From assembly GCA_016748015.1 (NCBI GenBank), contig JAAOMT010000620.1:727322-791321 (forward strand): 64,000 bases of DNA. The letters run 5' to 3'. A program made the position numbers and the translations under genes. Each line of letters begins with the position of its first letter. The first letter of the stretch is position 1. Under the pieces are notes generated by a model. The model ran no database searches. It saw only the letters and a program-made list of their open reading frames with translations, and was not told the DNA's origin. Origin of the DNA: Geosiphon pyriformis uo1 (Eukaryota > Fungi > Glomeromycota). Below are positions 1 through 15,020 of this stretch, piece after piece.

Positions 1-249
1 ATAGTCAAAGCTGGTTTCTTCAATCAAACATTTTTTCTTTATGTCAACACTATTAGACTCAATGATGTCACCAGTCTCAAATTTCCATGAATGGCCACTT
101 GACTTCTTACTATGTCTACCTTTGTTACCAACATTTTCTTCCAAAGCATTACTCTTTCTTTATTTTCTTGGCAAAACAGGTTTAAAACCTCCACCAAAGC
201 CAAAATCTTTAACAATCTTTTTCATGACAGCAATACTGGGGCCAACCAT
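1..249 (-). mobile_element. 5' end of a degenerate LINE-type ORF1 (runs off the window start)
   Basis: Minus-strand reading from ATG 249: MVGPSIAVMKKIVKDFGFGGGFKPVLPRK*...ETGDIIESNSVD...LIEETSFDY. This resembles LINE ORF1 N-termini I recall from Glomeromycotina repeats; it has an internal stop. Confidence 0.55.
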
Positions 250-499
250 GGCCTCAAAATCAAAAAAAGGTTTGAATTTATCATACTAAATTGTAAAAAA
301 CTTCTTTCTGAAAAAACTTTTAACTTTTTTTGGGAATTTAAAACGAAGAAAAGAAAGAAGTTTTTTTGTCTTAATATAAGCCATATTATTGTTTTAGTTT
401 ATTACTTATTATTTTATTAAATTATTAAATATTATTAATAATTTAATTTATATAATATAAAAATATAACTAATTATAATAATCAAATTATATAATATTT

Positions 500-1049
500 T
501 AAACTATATAATATTTAAAAATTTGCTAAAATATTTAATAATTTACCAAAATATTTAATAATTTATAAAAATAATTTGTAATTTACTAAAATATATCTTT
601 AATTTACTAAAATAATAATAAAGAAAAAAGTACAAAATTATAGAATAATATTACAACAAGTTGTATAAATCAATTAGCTAATACAAATTAATAAAATAAA
701 TTTTACTTTAAAAACTAAAATTTTTTTATAATTATTACTGTTTTAAAATTTAAAATATTAATTAATATTTTGAAATTGATTAGTTACTAATTTTAATAAT
801 TACTTAATTAATTTTAGATTTGAATTAAAAATTTTATTTTTATATATTTTTTTATTTAAATTTTAAATTTTTTTTTATATTATTAAATAGTTTACAGTTA
901 AAATTTTCCATAAAAAAGTTGATTTTTACAACAAAATAACTATATTAAATAATTAGTATAAATTCAATAGCAATAATGATCTAAAATATAAAAAGATATT
1001 TAAAAAATAAATTAACTTATTAAAAGTTTATTAACTTTTATTAATAACA
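500..1049 (+). mobile_element. Hypermutated LTR relic related to family C
   Basis: 571-613 aligns without gaps to 63841-63883; all 11 differences are C>T or G>A. TACAACAAGTTGTATAAA is shared, and 885-945 matches the reverse complement of the family C LTR. Ends are approximate (TAACA at 1045-1049). Confidence 0.7.
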
Positions 1050-2539
1050 AATTTAACAGAAAAATAATATTAATAACCAAATTTTTTATTATTAAACATA
1101 ACAAATACATTGTTTAAGTTATTTATTTATTTTTAATTAATATTTAATATTTGTAATTAGTTTAATATAAAAAAATTAAACAAAAATTACAAAAAAATTC
1201 AAGATTTTAATTTTATTAAATAATTTATAATATTAATAAATATAATATTTAATTTATAAAATAAATATTAAATTTTCAAATATTAAAAATAATTTTTTTT
1301 TTTTTTTAAAAAACATTAAAAAACATTTATTTATTTAAAATTTATTACAATTTACAAAGAATATAAAATTTTAATTCTTAATATTTATTTTTCTAAAAAG
1401 TAATAAAGTTTAACATTATTTTTTATAACTTTAACAATCATTTTGTTATTTTATTTATTGTTTAGATATTAAAATTATACATAATAATATTTTTTAAAAA
1501 AAGTTATTACAAATAGTTTTAAATTTTATAGAAGTTATTAAATATTTATTTTTAAAATTAATTAATATTTTTTTTATTAAAAACTATCTTAAATTAACAT
1601 AAATTAATTAAAACAATATTAATAAAAATAATTTAAATAGCTTATAATAAAATATATTAACATATTTATTTAAAATAATAATAATTTAAAAAAAACCCAA
1701 TTTAATTTTTGTATAATTAACAAAAATTTACTAATAATAGCTAATTATACTTAATATTTAATTTTTTTAATATAATAACTGATTTATTTTGATGTTTTTT
1801 ACTTTTTTGATAAGTAATCAAATATTTAATAAGATAATTTTATGATTATTTTTGTATTTTTTATCAAACAATTTTTGACTTTATAATTTTAATGTTTTTT
1901 TTAATTAATTAGTAAAACAATAAAACAAAATAAAACAAAACAAAAATAAATAAATAAATAAAATAATAAAATAGAAAATTAGTATTTGATTAATAGTTAT
2001 GATTAAGAATTATTGTTTTAATATTAATTAATAATAAATAATTTTAACAAAATAAATATTAATTCATAAAATTTTAATGATAAATAATTAGTTTGTAATT
2101 TTTATTTAAAAAACATTTTATTTTAAGTATTAAATTTTTAACTATTAAAGTTATTTAATAAAAATTTAATTATTTTTTTGCTTTTATTATTATTATTATA
2201 TATATATAAATTTTTATAATACAAATTTTTAAATTCTTAATAATTTTTATATTTTTTTTGAATTTCTAATATATAATTAATTAATTTATATTATATTTAA
2301 TTATTAATTGTTTTATATTATTCTATAAGTAATATTAATTACTAGTTTATTAAAAAAAGAACAACAAATATTAAACAATAGACATATTTAATTTTTAATA
2401 AATTTATAGACTTTATTAATAGTTTTAATAAAAAAATAACAAATTTTAATTTTATGTAAATAATTATCAATTTAATAAAAAATGTTTATTTATTAAATAA
2501 TAATTTATTAGATAAATAAAATACTGTTTTTTAATATTT

Positions 2540-2700
2540 TAAGTTGTTTTTTGTTAAAATGACTTTTTTAGTCATTTAAATAACAAAAAAAATCAATAAA
2601 AAAAAATAATAGTTTGGCTACTAATTTATTGTTAAAAACTTTAAAAGAATTTTAGATAAAAAAAAACTTACATTCAAAACCCAAAAAAGTGTTTTTTTAA
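2540..2700 (-). mobile_element. Hypermutated LINE ORF1 5' relic
   Basis: The reverse complement (TTAAAAAAACAC...TGGGTT...AAAGTTTTTAACAATAAATTAGTAGCCAAACT) resembles the KKHTWV...KIFNNRPVNKLVF segment at 31231-31325. It also matches 7380-7545 in inverted orientation. Confidence 0.45.
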
Positions 2701-3154
2701 AAACTATAGAAAAAATGGTGGTTGCTTGTTTTTACTCTTTTTTATATATATAATTTTTTTATAAACTAATTTTTATTTAATAAATTAAATAATTATGTAT
2801 ATTTAAACATCTTTATAGTTTAATTTTAAATTTATACCCAAATTATACTTCTTTATATATTGATAATATTGTGTACCAAATTAGCCAAAAAAATTCAAAA
2901 ATAAACATTAAAAACGTGAAAATTCTTAATGGGTTGCATATTCAATTCCCAAATTACAATTAAGCTATCCTGGCTTAAGAGTGCAATTATTTATCTTAAT
3001 ATACAGGTTAGGATCAAAGAAATACATATTACCGTGCATATTTGTAGCTTGAAAAAACAATAGTATTATAATTAATAAGAATTTTTGACTTAATAATTCA
3101 AAAATGCCATGATTTCTGTCAAACACAGAAATAACACTTCGATGACCGTATGCT

Positions 3155-6940
<3,786 letters not shown>

Positions 6941-7379
6941 TGTGCTGATTTGGAGCAATTTTTTGGCTAAAGATTGGAATTTGATATTTTACTTTCGAGA
7001 TATTTCATTATATGGAACATACTGTAACAAAACCAGATTTGTGTTACCAAAGAATTTCAGGGATCAAAACTCGGTCATTATCATTGAAAAATTGGCATGC
7101 TAGGAATCTTTAAAAAATTGATATGCTGTAAATCTTTGTTTAAGTTTTTTATCTTAATTAATATTCAGGTTTTTAAATTGTTTTACTGTTAAAATAAGCA
7201 ATTTTCAAGTTTTTTTGTTATGCTTTTTAAGTATTTGGTAGTATTTTTATTAGTAAAATATTTATAGTTATAAAAATTGCTTAATAATACTTTGTAAAAA
7301 CATTTTTTTTAAATAAAATAGTAATTAATCAATTTTTTGTTAATTTAAAAACACTTTTTATATTTAATTAGAAATTTTT

Positions 7380-7545
7380 TTTTTAAAGTTTTATTAAAAA
7401 AACTTATTCAAAAAGTCTTGGTATAATTTTTGTTTTTTTTAAAAATCTTAAATTATTTAATAAAAAACTAGTAACCAATTATTTTTTTCTTTTATTTTCT
7501 GTTTAAATAACCAAAAAAGTCAAAATAATCAAAAAACAACTTTTT
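7380..7545 (+). mobile_element. Hypermutated LINE ORF1 5' relic within an AT-rich block (7130-8040)
   Basis: Inverted similarity to 2540-2700: AAGTTGTTTTTTG...TGACTTTTTT..TTTAAA...TTGG(C/T)TACTA. Confidence 0.4.
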
Positions 7546-8049
7546 TTGATTTTTATTATATATTAATAACAACTTCTTTAAAATGCTAAAAAAATCATTT
7601 TCTGGTATTTTTAATGTTAGTTTTAATGTTTTAAAACCAGTTTTTTTCTTATAGAAAATAAAACTTTGGTTTTTTTTGGTTTTTTTGTTAAATTTATATT
7701 TGTATTAATAATAATATTTAGTTTTATTGTAACTGTAAATAATTTTTATTTTTATTTTAAACAATAATAATAAAAATATATTATTTAATGTGTTAATTAC
7801 TGACCAATCTTTATTAATACTAAAAATTATATTTTTAATATATAATATAAAACCAATTATATAATAAAACAAAAAAATTTATTAAATTTAAAAAAAATTA
7901 TGATTTATAATATATATATTAATTTATTAACTAAATACTTTAAAAAAACAAAAACAATTTAAAAAACTTTAATTTATTATTATTAATTTATTTTAAAAAA
8001 AAATATTATCAAATATATTAAAATTTATAATATTTATTAAAAAAAGTAA

Positions 8050-8293
8050 AAGATCTTTCTCTTGTTAATCTTCTGGTCACAATAAAAGCTGGATTTTACC
8101 AAAGAAATAAATTTTTTTACTTCCTATTTTTTTTGTTTTTGCAGTTATTTCTTCTAACATATTTTTATTCATGGTTATGAATTCAACAGGCTTATCTACT
8201 AGAGGGTCAATAGCAGATTTGGCTGGATTAGGAACTCAGTCTGGTGTCAAATCTAAGTGTTTGGTAGGTGCTTATTTGCACAGTGCTTCATAC
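8050..8293 (+). mobile_element. 5' end of a LINE-type element (ORF1 start), interrupted by the element A1 LTR
   Basis: Begins AAGATCTTTC, like the 5' end of the element at 31154. ORF from 8171: MVMNSTGLSTRGSIADLAGLGTQSGVKSKCLVGAYLHSASY, cut at the TG of the LTR. Confidence 0.55.
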
Positions 8294-8960
8294 TGTTATG
8301 GGTTGGAGTAACAAGCTAACAAATAGCAAAGGAGAACAAGATTATAGGGTAATGAAAATAATTAAAGGGGAATTCAACTTTAAAGAGTGAATTGAATGAG
8401 TATGGATTCAATGTGCGAGATCAGTCTCATAAAATATCTTAGTCGCTATTTTTTTCAAAGATAACTAGGGAATCTGAAGGTAGAGGAATAGTCCATACTG
8501 TCAACAATTGATTACCACTGGTATAATTCTATGCCTTACGTCGGTACTCTTAAAATTCAATATTAGGTATCAACTTGTGCTTTTTAGTCACGTTTATTCA
8601 AATAATCTTCAAATGCTACAATTATATATGTTAGGAAAAGGCCAACAAGTAATCTTTTATCCTAAGATGTTCGGATACTTGAAGGTAGAAAAAGGGAAAT
8701 TATTGATAAGAGAGTGATTGAAATAAAAGTTGTTATTTTTATTTATTTGATTCTTGTCTGAGAGATGATTTTCTATAGCTAAAAGATTCATTGCTTATAT
8801 AGCTAATGAAAGTGGTCAATGACTAGGTCAATGATCAAGTCAATGATCAGGTTAATGGTCAGATCAATGATCACTATCTAAAAATAGAGTGGCTAATTAT
8901 ATGACATCAGTGGCTAATACATGTAATAACTAATAAAAATTATGAGTTTCAACCATAACA
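8294..8960 (-). repeat. 3' LTR of A1
   Basis: Terminal inverted repeat TGTTATGG/CCATAACA; direct repeat of 25712-26391; adjacent PPT GGAGAGGATGA; 12-bp tandem repeats CAGGTCAATGAT at 8814-8873. Confidence 0.95.
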
Positions 8961-9577
8961 TCATCCTCTCCAAAGAGATTGAACTCTGGTGAAATCAAGC
9001 TATTTATAGGATATTCTAATTGAAGAGTTTTGTCTAACTCAAAACTAACTAGTTTGTTGAAGTCTTTTGTGGATAGAGTATATAGTACTTGAGACAAAAT
9101 AAGCTTTGTATCCAAGAGACCAAATCTTTGTATAAGAGTTTTGGCTCTTCTTATAATGGTCAAAACTCTTAAAATATCTAAACGTATAATGCCCAAAATT
9201 TCCACTTGTATCTCTGAAGTTGTTTTCTTTATTTCTTCTATGATTTCACCAAGATGACCATAGAGTTTTAGTTGTCTTCCATATGACAAGTTTTTGTCTA
9301 TGGGCAAGATTTCCTTAATTGTTTTTCCAATTGTCATGGAAGGTGTAAGTATTGCTGCTGTTATGCTTTCCAGCAAATACTTATCCATTTTGCTACCAAT
9401 TTTTTCTCTTCTGGTAGTGGTTTTCTTTGGTCTAATAACAGTATGTGTTCTATTGTTATTAGTTATGATGGTTTGTTTTCCAATGGTCAGAGTAGCATTT
9501 GGATAATTTTTGATCCAGTACTCATGAAGAGTATAGAAAGCATTTTAAATGTTTTGATCTAGGAAATAATTGTTTAT
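8930..9577 (-). pseudogene. ORF3 of A1 (unknown helical protein), reads through the PPT into U3
   Basis: ORF 8930..9388 plus in-frame upstream sequence. The start ATA at 9577 corresponds to ATG at 46884 in A3. Homologous to ORF3 of B, C and D. Confidence 0.75.
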
Positions 9578-9618
9578 GTCAATTGAAGATACCTCTGTTT
9601 TGGGAATGGTGCATTTAT

Positions 9619-10932
9619 TTATATCTGATTTTTGTTGATCATTTGGGTTGGTATTATCACAACAGATAACCAATCAAGTCGTTTGTAATATTTCTTGAGT
9701 CGTGTACCATGAACAGGATGATTATTGAAGATTGTTTTATATTGATCTTGTAAGATATAAGAACTATTGTTCAAAACTTTGTTGACTATAAAAGATCCTT
9801 TCCACTGGCTAGAGAATTTATCACCATAGACATTGTCTCTGTCTGAATAGTATTCTAAAACTAAGTCACTAATACTTAAGAAAAGTGTTTTATATGTTTT
9901 CTTTTTCTTAAGCTTCTCTTGGAATTGTTTTATCTTTTCAAAAGCAATTATCCGTGCTTCTACTAATGAGTCAAGAATAGTACTAAGTCTTTTTTGCAGA
10001 GTGTCTTTGTAATTCTCTATTGTTATTTTTTTAAAGAGTATTGTTTCAATGTCAGTTTCTATTGGTAGGGTTGCCATTCATCCATAGAATAGATAAAAGA
10101 GTTCATAACTTGTTATGTCATGATTCACAGTTCTATAAGTAAACAAAGCTGAAGGCAATACTTTGTCCCATAAGTTTGTTTCTTCACTGGTTTTGGCTAA
10201 GGTTTCACATAGTGTTCTATTGAAATGTTCTACTAGGCCATTTGTTTAGGGGTGATAAGAAGAGAAAAGTTTGTGACATATTCCCATTTTTCTGCAAAGT
10301 TCTTCAACAAGTGTACTGAGAAAAGCTCTTTCTCTGTCAGATAAAAGTTCTTTGGAACAGCCATGGCGACAAATAATATCTTCATAAATGAAATTGGCTA
10401 TTGAGACTGCTGTTTGGTCTGAAGTGGCTCTTGCTTCTACCCATTTTGTAAGATAGTCAGTAGCTGTGATAATATATCTGTTGCCATCAGGAGTTATTGT
10501 TAAAGGTCCAACAACATCTATACCAATTCTATCAAAGGGTTGACCAACAGAGATTGGATGGATATCTTCTTTGCAATTGGGTTTTCCTCTTCTTTGGCAG
10601 ATATCACAGGTTTTGATGTATTCAGCAATGTCTTTTCTCAAGGTAGGCCAATAATAACGAGCTAGAGTTTTCTGAATTGTTTTTGTTTTTTCAAAGTGTC
10701 CAGCTAATGGATCAGTATGCATATTGTGGATCACAATTTCTCTTTCTTCAAATTTGATGACTTTCTAAGAGTGGTCAAGATCTTTTCTATTTCTTTTATA
10801 AAATTGGTTCTGGCAAATCAAATAGAAATTTGATTGTTTGCACAAATGTTCTCTTTGTTGTTGTGTGTATTTCAGTGGGTATTGTCCTTTACCCAAAAAT
10901 TCTATTAAGGCAAAGTAGTTGTCCAAGTCCAT
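9619..10932 (-). pseudogene. Integrase ORF of A1
   Basis: Starts MDLDNY at 10932. HHCC (HTDPLAGH...CDIC), core (GIDVVGP...DYLTKWVEA...LSDRE), GPY/F-like (KFSSQWKGSF). No chromodomain. Confidence 0.9.
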
Positions 10933-11002
10933 TATCGTGTTTGTCAAAAAAAAAGAGAAATTACTAATAATTAAGTTGGTTTGGTTTAAGAGAGTTGTTC
11001 TG

Positions 11003-11797
11003 TCACTAGATGGTAAGTTTGGAAAAAGTGTTGGCGTTTTGATGATTAGCTCCTTTGCGATGTTGAATATCATAGTTGAATTCATTCAAGTGGAGTATCC
11101 AGCAAGTTATCTGTTTGTGTTCTAGCCTCTTTTTGTTGTGCAGCCAAACCAAAGCTTGGTGATCTGTTACCACCAAAAACTTCACACCAAGAAGATACTT
11201 ACTCCAGTAACTGGTGGACCATATTACTGCTAAGCATTCTTGTTTAGTGACTGAATAGTTCTGTTCTACTGGGAAAATGGTTCTACTGGTATAGACTATG
11301 GCATGTTCTTTGCCATCTTCATCTTTTTGGGAGAAAACAGTACCAAGTCCAAAGCCAGATACATCAGTGTGGAGGATAAAGGGTCGATCTAGATCAGGTT
11401 GCTTGAGGATGGGTTCTATAACCAGTTTTTTCTTTAAAGTTTCAAAGGCTTTTTGCTGATGTGTTCCCCAATAGTAATTGACATTTTTTCTGAGTAGTTG
11501 ATTGAGAGGAGAGGTGATTTTGGAGAAATCCTTGACAAATTTGCGATAATAAGAGGCCAAACCAAGAAAAGAGCATAGTTCATAAATGTTCATTGGTTGT
11601 TTGATGTTTTGGACTTTTTCAACTTTGGCTGGGTCAGAAAAAATTTTATCTTTTGTGATAAGATGACCAAGGAACTGGGTGGATTGTCTTCCAAAAAAAG
11701 ATTTGATTGGGTTGATCTTAAGGCCAACATTTCTAAGGAGGTCAAAAACCTTTTGCAAATGTTCCAGGTGTTCATTCCAGGTTTTTGAGTATACCAT
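11003..11797 (-). pseudogene. RT C-terminal half and RNase H of A1
   Basis: FLGH, FLGLASYYRKF, FILHTDVSGFGLG, TDHQAL, HQNANTFSK. Joins 22220+ to restore YLDDIMVYS. Confidence 0.92.
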
Positions 11798-12609
11798 TGT
11801 TACAGGAGATTATTTCTGCTGTTGAAGTAAATAACAACCCGTAACTTGGTGCTCATGAAGCTACTTCCATTGATAAGATTCTGCAAGCATTATATCTGAA
11901 GGTTTTGATGGAGTCTTTTGTATAATGGACAGAGATTCAATAGTTGTTTTATCCATAGCTTCTCAGACTTGCAAGTCTGTCAATTTTCTTCTCGGCTTGG
12001 TGGCCGGCAATCTTCTAGTAAGTAATCTGTATCTCCTGTATGTGTCCTACTCTTTCGCAGAGGTCTTTTACCAGACAATTCTTGATGTCAGTAATCAGTG
12101 CTTTTCAATCAATGAGTTAGTGCACAATAATAAAAAATTAAAATAAAGAAAAATAAGAGAAAGAAAAGAAATAAGCCAAGGTGATTTGCAGATTAATATC
12201 TCATCAATAGCCATGATCAAGAGCTATTGTTTCAGTGTGATTAAGTATCACTTATTATTAACATAAAATGTTGATAGTGGAAAGTGGATTGAGATATGGA
12301 ATAATTATTTATTTGATGATTTTTGTTGCTAGACTAAGAATTCTGTGGTATCGATTCTGTTTTTTCTGTTTCTAATACTACCGCTATATATACATAATTA
12401 AGATTCCTCAATTCCTTGATTCTTCATGACAGAAATCCTGGAATTCCTGGAATCCTGTGATTCTTTGTCGGGGAATCCTGAAATTTCTGGAATCCTGCAA
12501 TTCCTAAGAGGAATCCTGGAATTCCACATTTACTATGCTTACTTCTGATTGGCTAATAATTATGCTAATATATTTCCTATATTTCTATGAGTAACATTAT
12601 TTCCTCTTT

Positions 12610-13269
12610 TTAATATTGAGCTCCGTCGAAATCCAACTCATGTAATTTCCCCTCTTGAAGTATTTCCTGGATTTTGTTTTTGAGAATTATTTGTGTTATT
12701 TGGGTCTGTACTTCTTCAAATTGAGCATTGGTGATTTTTCCCAATTGATTACTGGTGACCATATCCATTGTTTTGTTAAGCAATATTTTTGGTTTATCCT
12801 AAAATGCTGTGTGTATTTGGTATATGGCTCGGACTTGTGTGGATAAGTTGTTCTTTCCCACAAAATGTTCTAATTGTTGTAGTATTCTTTTGTTGAATAA
12901 TCACTTTGTTTTATCTGTATATAGATTCTGGATATTTATGTATTGTCCCAAGTAAAAATAACAATAGTTTCTTGGAAATTGTTGTATTCACCAATTCCAA
13001 GTTTCTTTAGTCAACTCTTAATATAGTGACTCTTTTGTTGATTTTTTTATTGCTAATTTTACTTTTGCCATAATTTTGTCTATCATATCTTCAGTTTTTT
13101 TTGGTGTTCTGAGTTGCAATGTCTTTTTAGTATCTTGATATCAAATGATTTGTTGGTTGATTGTAATCTCCATTTCCTGGTGTTAGATTAATTGAAAGAG
13201 TTGTTGTGCTAGTGTGTAAATGTTGTCTGTAATTTCCATTTTTCTGATATTTTCTGTCATATCTACCAT
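12610..13269 (-). pseudogene. ORF3 of B
   Basis: Manual translation with stops and frameshifts: ...MEITINQQII...YCYFYLGQYI...VRAIYQIHTAF*DKPKILL...NQLGKITNAQFEEVQTQITQIIL...DFDGAQY*. Confidence 0.75.
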
Positions 13270-13293
13270 GTCTTTATATATTCTTTTGATTGA

Positions 13294-14957
13294 TCAATTT
13301 AACGTGTTGTTGTTAATAATAATTATTGGTTCCAGATCTCGTGGAATCTCATCTGGTTGGACTAGTATTCTCTGTACTCCTAATTGTGGAATATTACTGG
13401 TAAATGATAGTGTAATGTCATGATATGGCTTCAGTTGATCTCCATGTGCTGCTTTGGTTAAAATTTTGTTATCCAATCTTAATTTGTAAGCTCCATTTCC
13501 TAGAATTTCTTCTATGTGAAATGGTCCATTCCATTTTGGGTCAAATTTTCCACTCCATTGTTTTTCCGCTTTGCTATGATGTAGTAATACTTTGTCTCTA
13601 ATCTTAAATTCAACTGGTTTGTCTGGTAGTTGACTATCATGTCTTTTTTTCTGTTTTTCTTGTGACTTTTGAATATTATCAGCTGCTCTTCTTTGTTTGT
13701 TTTCCAATGTTTCTATTAAGTCATATGTTCTTTTTAGCAATGTTTCTTGAAAATTTTCTTCTGTTATTGGTTCAGCTGGATATGNNNNNNNNNNNNNNNN
13801 NNNNGTCCATTCCATTTTGGGTCAAATTTTCCACTCCATTGTTTTTCCGCTTTGCTATGATGTAGTAATACTTTGTCTCTAATCTTAAATTCAACTGGTT
13901 TGTCTGGTAGTTGACTATCATGTCTTTTTTTCTGTTTTTCTTGTGACTTTTGAATATTATCAGCTGCTCTTCTTTGTTTGTTTTCCAATGTTTCTATTAA
14001 GTCATATGTTCTTTTTAGCAATGTTTCTTGAAAATTTTCTTCTGTTATTGGTTCAGCTGGATATGTATTAATTTCTCTCTCTACTGGTAATGTTGCTGTT
14101 CTCCTATATACTAATTCAAATGGTGTTGCTTATGTAGTATCTTGTTTCATTGTCCGATAAGCAAATAGTACTGATGGTATGAACAAATCCCAATCATTCT
14201 GGTTTTCTTGGCTGAGCTTAGCTATTGCTTCACACAGTGTTCTATTGAATCTTTCTACTAATCCGTTGGTTTGTAGATAGTATGATGATAATAATAGTCT
14301 CTTGATTCTGAATCTTTGGCTCAATTCTGTTAATGTTTTGTTCACAAAATGAGTTCTTTGGTCTGATAATAATTCTTTTGGACATTCATGTCAACAAATC
14401 AAATCCTAATGAACAAATTCGGCAACGGATTCTGCATCTGCTCTTTGAATTGCTTTTGCCTTTGGCCATTTAGTGAGATAGTTCATAGCTACCACTATGT
14501 ATCTGTTTCCTCTGCTGGTAATTGTTAATAATCCGACTAAATCAATTCCAATATGGTCAAATGATTGTCTCACTTTGATTGGTTTTAATGGTTCATTGGG
14601 TCTTGTTCCTCCTTTTTGCTGACAAGCATCACAATTTTAAACATATTGAATAATGTCTGGGTACATTGATGGCCAATAATATCTCTTTCTGGTTTTTTCC
14701 ATGGTTGCTTCTTTGTGAAAATGTCCTGCTATTGGATTTGAATGCATATTAAATAATATTGTCTCTTTTTCTGGCTCCGTAATTACTCTGGTTGGTTGAT
14801 CTGGATCCCTTCTATTTTTCTGATAAAGTATATTTTGGTGAGTGATAAAATATTTTGATTGTTGTTTGATACTCTTTCATTCTGTTTGAGATAAATTCTC
14901 CTTGAACTATTGAGTGTTTATATAATGTTGCAATTGTTAATATTTTTGTATGTTCAT
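13294..14957 (-). pseudogene. Integrase ORF of B (contains an assembly gap and duplication)
   Basis: Starts MNIQKY at 14957; HSNPTAGH...CDAC, QTNGLVERFNRTL, KFDPKWNGPFHIEEILGNGAYKL. Confidence 0.9.
13785..13804. other. Assembly gap (20 N) flanked by an exact 261-bp duplication
   Basis: 13524-13784 is repeated at 13805-14065, directly either side of the N run. Confidence 0.95.
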
Positions 14958-15020
14958 CTTTTGTTGTATTTTTCTGTTGGTATTGTTCTGGTTTTGTTAT
15001 ATTTTTGGGTTAAAATGTTC

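Noticed and set aside
1913-1978. (AAAAC)n/(AAAT)n simple repeat
   Set aside because: Low-complexity tract in an AT desert, possibly an old poly(A) tail; there is no further support for a function.
8400-8520. Intron-containing tRNA-Met gene inside the family A LTR
   Set aside because: Only the anticodon arm matches; no acceptor stem, D arm or T loop (GTTCG) is present. Kept as a primer-pairing hypothesis instead.
8508-8717. Short ORFs recurring in LTRs (also 25926-26180, 45830-46066, 41188-41370) and many antisense ORFs in the track
   Set aside because: Recurrence reflects LTR duplication; starts and stops are not conserved between copies. The antisense ORFs shadow real TE or gene frames.
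13524-14065. 261-bp tandem duplication within the integrase of B
   Set aside because: The copies appear identical and directly flank an N gap in an otherwise heavily mutated element; this is an unmerged contig overlap.
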